Of a stretch of 64,000 nucleotides of DNA, positions 58,324 through 64,000 are shown piece after piece (position 1 is the first letter of the stretch; each line of letters starts with the position of its first letter). The DNA comes from Gammaproteobacteria bacterium. Its GTDB lineage: Bacteria > Pseudomonadota > Gammaproteobacteria > PS1 > Pseudothioglobaceae. Under the pieces are notes generated by a model that saw nothing but the letters and a program-made list of their open reading frames with translations, ran no database searches and had not been told where the DNA came from. The stretch spans positions 835,729 to 899,728 of the forward strand of contig OZ242267.1 in NCBI GenBank assembly GCA_965207335.1. The letters run 5' to 3'. The position numbers and the translations under genes are program-made.

Positions 58324-58622
58324 ACTTAATAGCTGTTATATTTTTACTATTATTGCCATTATTTAGTTATGCTAATTATAGTGTTAGCATCGGTAGTAGA
58401 GGTGTAGTGTTTGATGGCAACAACCAAACAACCGCATTAGAAGCACAATTATGCTCTGATATTCAATGTATATTTGTCCCTGATTTTGAGCTTAGTTTAT
58501 TAGGATTAAACCTAGGTGATAATGCAAAAAAAATACTAAAATCTTTACAAAAAATGGATAATAGTGATAGGGCATTTTTGTTTTATCAATTAGATAGTTT
58601 AGATAATATTAGTGACATTTAA
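58320..58622 (+). CDS. Hypothetical small secreted protein
   Basis: ATGA overlap with the rhodanese gene. Signal peptide MNLIAVIFLLLLPLFSYA. No recognisable domain. Confidence 0.4.
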   Translation: MNLIAVIFLLLLPLFSYANYSVSIGSRGVVFDGNNQTTALEAQLCSDIQCIFVPDFELSLLGLNLGDNAKKILKSLQKMDNSDRAFLFYQLDSLDNISDI

Positions 58623-58978
58623 GCAGATTATTGATATAGCAAAATAACAACTAAAAAGTAGCAATTTTTATAGATGCAACATTTAAAAGACGGTATTTTA
58701 TGTCTTATACTCCAAAGTTTAACCAAAAAGAAACCGCCGTATAAGAATGTTTATGTGTGCAATACTGCTTTTTAGATATGTGCTTTTGCTTAGGATTAAG
58801 TTATTTACCATTAACTTAAATTTTATCCCTGCACAAAATCCAAGCTAATCACTTAATGAGAAAGTCTGCAAGTTTTTAAATATTTATTCATAATTACCGC
58901 TAAATAATATATAATATATAATATTTTTAAACATTATAATTAGTCATTTTAGACAAAAAAACCGCTTTAACAAAATTA

Positions 58979-60379
58979 TTGCAATTAGTATTATCTTCTA
59001 ATGCAAACAAAACTAATTTAGTTAATTATCTACCAGAAGACGAGTTAGCAAAACGATTAAACTTGGATGCTAAAACCCCAGAAAATGATGTTGATAGCCT
59101 TTTTCAATGGATTAAGGATTATTTAGAATATTCGTTAAATACTGAGCATCCATATTTTAATAATCGTATGTGGTCTAGTGCTAATATTCCGTCAATTTTA
59201 GGTGAGATAATTGCAGCCCTAAACAACACTTCAAATTGCACTTACGAATCAGCCCCTGTTGCTAGCTTAATGGAGAAATATATGATTCAAGAAATGCTTG
59301 CTATTGTAGGATTCAAACAAGGTGAGGGGCAAATGACAACAGGTTCTAGCAATGCTAATATGATAGCAATGATGATAGCTAGAAATAAAACTATACAAAA
59401 TGCTAAAAAACAAGGTTTATTTAATAATAAACCGTTATTTGCATTTGTTAGTGTTGATGCACATTATTCTTTTGATAAGGCTGCAAATATACTAGGCATA
59501 GGTAGTGATAACTTAATAAAAATTGCCACCAATGATAACGGGCAAATTGATATAGATGATTTAGAGAATAATATTAATAAAGTTATAAACAATAATGGTG
59601 TGCCGTTTTTTATTGGTGCTACACTAGGTACTACTGTTAAAGGTGCTTTTGATAGTATTAGTAGCTTATTAACTATTAAAAATAAATATCGGCTCTGGCT
59701 TCATGGAGATGGCGCTTGGGGCGGTGCTTGTATTGTAAATAAGAAGCTAAAAACTAAGTTTTTAAACGATATTGATAAGCTAGACTCATTTACTATGGAC
59801 TTCCATAAAATGTTAAATAGTGCCTTAATGTGTAATTTTTTATTAGTTAATTATAGGGGTTTATTAAATTACACTTGTGCTAATGGTAATACTGATTATA
59901 TTTTTCATAATAATATTGACATAGGTGTTAATTCATTACAATGTGGTCGCAGAGTTGATAGTTTAAAATGGTTTTTAGACTGGAAGTTTTTTGGCAAAAA
60001 AGGCTTTAGCACTAGAGTTACAAAATATTATAATTTAGCAATGTATGCAGAAAATATCATTAATAATAATGATAATTTAAACTTAGTAGTGCCCAGAGAA
60101 TCATTTAACTTATGCTTTAATTTTATACCTAATAACTATGATGATATAGCATATATTAATGAATTTAATCTGCAATTACGCAATAAACTATATACCCAAA
60201 AATTAAATTTATTGTCCATAGCATATATTGACAAAATATTTGTATTTAGATTACTAATAAGCAATCCAAATATGACTAAAAAAGACTTGGATAAGCTATT
60301 TGTAAATATTATTCAACAGGCAATTAATATCCTAAATACAACCCATAAAAAAGCCCTAGGTGTAGGAGAAAATTATTAA
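58979..60379 (+). CDS. PLP-dependent group II amino-acid decarboxylase (glutamate / cysteine-sulfinate decarboxylase-like)
   Basis: HPYFNNRMW, NCTYESAPVASLME, TGSSNANM and the PLP-lysine region DFHKM. TTG is the first conventional in-frame start. Confidence 0.8.
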   Translation: MQLVLSSNANKTNLVNYLPEDELAKRLNLDAKTPENDVDSLFQWIKDYLEYSLNTEHPYFNNRMWSSANIPSILGEIIAALNNTSNCTYESAPVASLMEKYMIQEMLAIVGFKQGEGQMTTGSSNANMIAMMIARNKTIQNAKKQGLFNNKPLFAFVSVDAHYSFDKAANILGIGSDNLIKIATNDNGQIDIDDLENNINKVINNNGVPFFIGATLGTTVKGAFDSISSLLTIKNKYRLWLHGDGAWGGACIVNKKLKTKFLNDIDKLDSFTMDFHKMLNSALMCNFLLVNYRGLLNYTCANGNTDYIFHNNIDIGVNSLQCGRRVDSLKWFLDWKFFGKKGFSTRVTKYYNLAMYAENIINNNDNLNLVVPRESFNLCFNFIPNNYDDIAYINEFNLQLRNKLYTQKLNLLSIAYIDKIFVFRLLISNPNMTKKDLDKLFVNIIQQAINILNTTHKKALGVGENY

Positions 60380-60443
60380 TAGTATAATTAGTAAAAATAT
60401 AGCCCTTGATAAAAATATAGTAGAGTTTCCAGAGCTACATAGT

Positions 60444-60860
60444 TTGTTAAAAAATAATAATTATAATGATGCTGTAAGTGTAATAAAAAAAATTAGCCAC
60501 AATATAAAAACAGAGGATTTTGAATTAGTAAAAAATTCGTATATTCGTTATATAATCAGCAATACTGATGATTATTGGCTTTCAATATTAAAATGGGATA
60601 AGGGAGTCAAAACATCAATCCATGGACATCCACAACAATCTTTTTTGTATGTATTAGATGGAGAATTTACCATAAATAATTATAAAAGCGATACATCCTT
60701 AATTAGTAGTAAAATATCAAAAACAGGTTATTATTACCACTGTAATGGCAAAGTTAATAGGTTAGATAATTGCATACACAGAATGGAATCTAATATAGAA
60801 TGCTTAAGTTTGCATTTTTATTCTGATGACCCTAGAAAAGGCATAGTGTTTAGTAGTTAA
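60444..60860 (+). CDS. Cupin protein resembling bacterial cysteine dioxygenase type I
   Basis: WDKGVKTSIHGHPQQSFLYVLDGEF matches the CDO W-x-x-G-x-x-T/S-x-I-H-x-H cupin motif, with a later IHRM. TTG start uncertain. Confidence 0.55.
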   Translation: MLKNNNYNDAVSVIKKISHNIKTEDFELVKNSYIRYIISNTDDYWLSILKWDKGVKTSIHGHPQQSFLYVLDGEFTINNYKSDTSLISSKISKTGYYYHCNGKVNRLDNCIHRMESNIECLSLHFYSDDPRKGIVFSS

Positions 60861-60940
60861 AATTTTACCGCCAGCTAGATAATTGTCTCTTTTATTGTCC
60901 TTGCTCTTATATTAGTTTCATTATGTAATGATTTGTAATT

Positions 60941-62119
60941 TTAACTGTTAGTAACCTCTGTTAATCTTCCAATACCTTGCATAGCAACTAATTTGCCATT
61001 TATATAATACATAGCTAATTTATCTCTATACCAAGGGGGTATTTTCTGCTCTTGAATAATTTTTTTTAATGGCTGAGAGTGTTTTTTATTTTCTAATACG
61101 CAACGAATATTTTTATCTCTATAACTAATTTTTACATTTGCAATATTTGCAAAACTACTAGTTTTATCGCATTTAGGTGGAATATCACTAGTTGATATAT
61201 AAATAGTATCTTGATAGCATCTAAGTTTATATTTCCCCCAAGTTATAAGTGTTTTTGCATCTAATTTAGCATTAAGAGCATTTTTAGTTATTTGTTGTAA
61301 TACTTTACTGCTAGGCTGGATAATATTATTCACTCTAAAATAATACTTTAATACATTATTTATTCTATGGTCTGAGAGTATTTTTAACTTACTTATAATT
61401 ATATTATTATTATTTATTAACTTATAATCATTTATATCTTTTATAGCTAACTCGTTTAATAATAATAATGCTTCTTGTTGATAACTAACAGATTTATTTA
61501 TAGATTTACAAATATTATTATAGCGTTTTTCTAGTAATGGTATAACTTCTAGGCGAACAAAGTTGCGTCTAAAATCAGTATTCAAGTTGCTATCATCTTT
61601 AATATAGCATAGTTTGTGCAATTTTGCATATTTTATTATATCTACTTTTGTAGTATTTAATAGCGGGCGATATATTATTTTATTTTGTGCTGTTTTTAAT
61701 TTTGGCATAGCTGATAAACCACCAACTCCAGCACCACGAAATAATTGCAATAAAAAAGTCTCAGCTTGGTCGTTATAATGATGTGCTGTTAATAATATGT
61801 CACTGCTATTTATATTTGACAATAAGGACTTATAGCGTTTATCTCTTGCTGATTTTTCAATATTATTTTTAGCAGTTATATGAATATCAATACTTTTATA
61901 GGCAATATTGTAATTTTTGCATAACTCGTTACAAAATTTATCCCAGTTATTAGAATTTTTAGATAAATTATGATTAATATAAATAGCTTTGAGTTTTTGT
62001 TTAGGGTAGTTATTTACCAAAAAGTGTAATAATACCGTAGAATCTATGCCACCACTTAGTGCTAGTATAAGATTTTTATTTTCAAATACATTACAGTCAA
62101 TATTTAGAGGCCTTTGCAT
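60941..62119 (-). CDS. tilS: tRNA(Ile)-lysidine synthase
   Basis: PP-loop LSGGIDSTVLLH and AHHYNDQAETFLLQLFRG. The start ATG (62119) lies in the MITE terminus. Confidence 0.9.
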   Translation of the reverse strand: MQRPLNIDCNVFENKNLILALSGGIDSTVLLHFLVNNYPKQKLKAIYINHNLSKNSNNWDKFCNELCKNYNIAYKSIDIHITAKNNIEKSARDKRYKSLLSNINSSDILLTAHHYNDQAETFLLQLFRGAGVGGLSAMPKLKTAQNKIIYRPLLNTTKVDIIKYAKLHKLCYIKDDSNLNTDFRRNFVRLEVIPLLEKRYNNICKSINKSVSYQQEALLLLNELAIKDINDYKLINNNNIIISKLKILSDHRINNVLKYYFRVNNIIQPSSKVLQQITKNALNAKLDAKTLITWGKYKLRCYQDTIYISTSDIPPKCDKTSSFANIANVKISYRDKNIRCVLENKKHSQPLKKIIQEQKIPPWYRDKLAMYYINGKLVAMQGIGRLTEVTNS

Positions 62120-62268
62120 AAATAGGGGTGATTAGCAAAAATTCAATTTTTGCCGAATTAGTGATTATATTAAACTTTGTCCTAGCAGGGCTAAGGCTGG
62201 GTTTAATAAAATTGCTAAGTTGGTGAAAAGTGGGTTTTTGATGATTATTCATATTATGCAAATGTCTC
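62107..62268. mobile_element. MITE copy (subtype B, 162 bp)
   Basis: Termini GAGGCCTTTGCATAAATA / CATATTATGCAAATGTCTC. Flanks ATTTA / TTTTA (4 of 5). Confidence 0.85.
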
Positions 62269-62295
62269 TTTTAACTGCATTTTATGTTTTAAAGT

Positions 62296-63252
62296 TTATT
62301 TTTTATGTTCAAACTCGCCAAAATTTAAAATTTTATTATGGCGTTCTTTAATAATAGTTCTTATATCCATTTGTTTTAAACTGGTTAATTCAGACAAAAT
62401 AGCATCTTTTAACAATAATCCAGCCTCATTTTGACCTCTATGTGCCCCACCTAATGGCTCGGGTATTACTCTATCAATCAAACCTAATTCTAATAAAGCA
62501 TTACTGGTTAATTTTAAGTATTTTGCAGCCAAAGATGCCTTATTAGCATCTTTATAAAGTATAGAAGCACAACCCTCAGGAGAAATTACAGAATAAATAC
62601 TGTATTGTAACATTAATAATTTATCTGCTACACTAATAGCAAGTGCACCTCCAGAACCGCCCTCACCAATAATACAAGAAATAATAGGTGTTTTTAAATT
62701 AGGCATTACAGATAAATTAGTGGCTATAGATTCGCTCTGCCCTCTTTCTTCTGCGCCAATACCTGGATATGCTCCTGGTGTATCAACAAGAGTAATAATA
62801 GGTAGGCTAAATTTTTCTGCCAAACGCATAAGTTTAAGTGCCTTACGATAACCCTCTGGTCTTGACATACCAAAATTATGGTTTAATTTTTCTTTGGTAG
62901 TTCTACCTTTTTGTTGCCCTATTACCATTACAGATATTTCATCTAACGATGCCATACCCCCTATTATCGCTCTATCATCTGCAAACACACCATCACCGTG
63001 CATTTCCACAAAATTATCAAAAATATCATTTATGTAATTTATAGCGTATGGGCGTTTTGGGTGTCTTGCTATTTGAACTATTTGCCAATCATCTAAATTA
63101 TCAAATATTTGCTTAACTGCTTCTTTACTTTTCAAATTTAAAGATTTTAATTCTTCTGCTAAGTCAGAATTATTATCCAAGGATGCTAATGCTGATATTT
63201 TTTCGTCTAACTCAGCAATAGGTTTTTCAAAATCAAGATATTCTAAATACAT
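62296..63252 (-). CDS. accA: Acetyl-CoA carboxylase carboxyltransferase alpha subunit
   Basis: IARHPKRPY, IIGGMA, DTPGAYPGIGAEERGQSE, GEGGSGGALA motifs. Confidence 0.95.
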   Translation of the reverse strand: MYLEYLDFEKPIAELDEKISALASLDNNSDLAEELKSLNLKSKEAVKQIFDNLDDWQIVQIARHPKRPYAINYINDIFDNFVEMHGDGVFADDRAIIGGMASLDEISVMVIGQQKGRTTKEKLNHNFGMSRPEGYRKALKLMRLAEKFSLPIITLVDTPGAYPGIGAEERGQSESIATNLSVMPNLKTPIISCIIGEGGSGGALAISVADKLLMLQYSIYSVISPEGCASILYKDANKASLAAKYLKLTSNALLELGLIDRVIPEPLGGAHRGQNEAGLLLKDAILSELTSLKQMDIRTIIKERHNKILNFGEFEHKK

Positions 63253-63269
63253 TAAATTTATTTATTAGT

Positions 63270-63308
63270 GAGGCCTTTGCTAATTATTCATATTTATGCA
63301 AAGGTTTC
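63270..63308. mobile_element. Minimal MITE copy (39 bp)
   Basis: GAGGCCTTTGCTAATTATTCATATTTATGCAAAGGTTTC. Exact 5-bp duplication TTAGT (63265-63269 and 63309-63313). Confidence 0.8.
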
Positions 63309-63333
63309 TTAGTGTTATTCAATTATACTTGTG

Positions 63334-64000
63334 TTATTCAATATTATCTACATTAATATTTTTACCTGCTTTATTCCAAGCATGTCCGTAAATTACCTCA
63401 TAAGTTGCGGGTATTTTATCATTTATGCGAAATTTTTCATATTCTTGTAACATTTTTTGAAACTTACCCTTGCCAGTTAAAGTCTTATTAGGGTTGTTAA
63501 TATTATTAGCACCTAATTTTTTTAAATCTAACATTAAATGCCTAACTTTTTCGTAGGTTAGGTTAATATACTCGGCTTCCATTACTGGCGATAAAAATTT
63601 ATTAGCTAATAGTATATCTCCTATGGTATGCATATCACTAAACTGATTAACATGATTATTATCTTCTACTTGTTGCCAACTATATTTTAATTCGTATAAG
63701 GTATCAGGTCCAAAAGTGGAAAATATTAATAGGCCATTTGTATTTAGCACTCGTTGTAATTCTTTGAATAACTCATCTAAGTTAAAACACCATTGGAGCA
63801 TCAAATTAGAAAATATTATATCAACACTATTATCTTTAAGTGGTATTTTATAGCTATCAGCACATATTTGCTGAATGCTATTATTGTTATTGCGATTGAT
63901 TATTAAAGTTTCTTTGGCAATATCTAATGCTAGAATATTACTTTTTGCAAAATTATCTTGTAATATCTTGCTAGATATTCCAGTCCCTGCACCTAAATCT
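63334..64000 (-). CDS. bioC: Malonyl-ACP O-methyltransferase BioC-like SAM methyltransferase; 5' end outside the window
   Basis: The frame stays open upstream of the listed ATG to the window edge and encodes DLGAGTG (SAM motif I). SNLMLQWCFNL..LLIFSTFGPDTLYEL matches BioC. Confidence 0.8.
   Translation of the reverse strand, partial: DLGAGTGISSKILQDNFAKSNILALDIAKETLIINRNNNNSIQQICADSYKIPLKDNSVDIIFSNLMLQWCFNLDELFKELQRVLNTNGLLIFSTFGPDTLYELKYSWQQVEDNNHVNQFSDMHTIGDILLANKFLSPVMEAEYINLTYEKVRHLMLDLKKLGANNINNPNKTLTGKGKFQKMLQEYEKFRINDKIPATYEVIYGHAWNKAGKNINVDNIE

Noticed and set aside
1-64000. Searched by eye for tRNA, rRNA, riboswitch (Moco, TPP, SAM) and sigma-54 promoter signatures in the intergenic regions
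   Set aside because: I saw no T-loop/acceptor-stem pattern (GGTTCGAATCC-like), no rRNA-like G+C-rich block, and no TGGCAC-N5-TTGCA upstream of glnA. Absence by eye is not proof, so tRNAscan-SE and Rfam scans should confirm.

Overview
AT-rich (about 30% G+C by eye) chromosomal segment with gammaproteobacterial-type gene order (lgt-thyA, dprA-smg-topA, rpsP-rimM, ftsY next to an M16 peptidase pair). I cannot name the species. I support about 57 protein genes and found no rRNA, tRNA or CRISPR array. Housekeeping genes: sbcB, nth, rpsP, rimM, thyA, lgt, metF, moaC, moeA, greA, lptB, tsaD, comM/yifB, a PotABCD-like transporter, glnA, ftsY, topA, smg, dprA, rpe, dsbD, tilS, accA, bioC. Accessory content: (1) Left-end island (1-7125): a helicase with zinc ribbons followed by an attC-like site, then a type II R-M cassette bracketed by ~90-bp direct repeats and lying between an ABM-like gene and an FRG-TPR gene. 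(2) A bufferin-type RiPP cluster (DUF2282 precursor, DUF692/MNIO, DUF2063, DoxX). (3) Two dispersed orphan RiPP-precursor-like genes with nitrile-hydratase-type (NHLP) leaders and Gly/Ser/Thr/Cys-rich cores; I rate this the most interesting unexplained signal. (4) A four-gene cassette: XRE-HTH, small protein, membrane-anchored protein with an RNxxxH (HEPN-like) motif, and a P-loop kinase-like protein. (5) A zinc-ribbon/DUF4145 gene on a G+C-richer islet. (6) A cysteine dioxygenase-like cupin next to a group II decarboxylase. The window is also heavily colonised by repeats. One is a MITE with 18-bp terminal inverted repeats and 5-bp target duplications (10 copies or fragments, plus 3 isolated terminal-repeat motifs), whose ends supply start or stop codons to neighbouring genes. 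The other is a family of modular palindromic repeats covering about 3.9 kb, including a 359-bp unit repeated in tandem. All functional calls come from reading motifs in the supplied translations; no database search was run.
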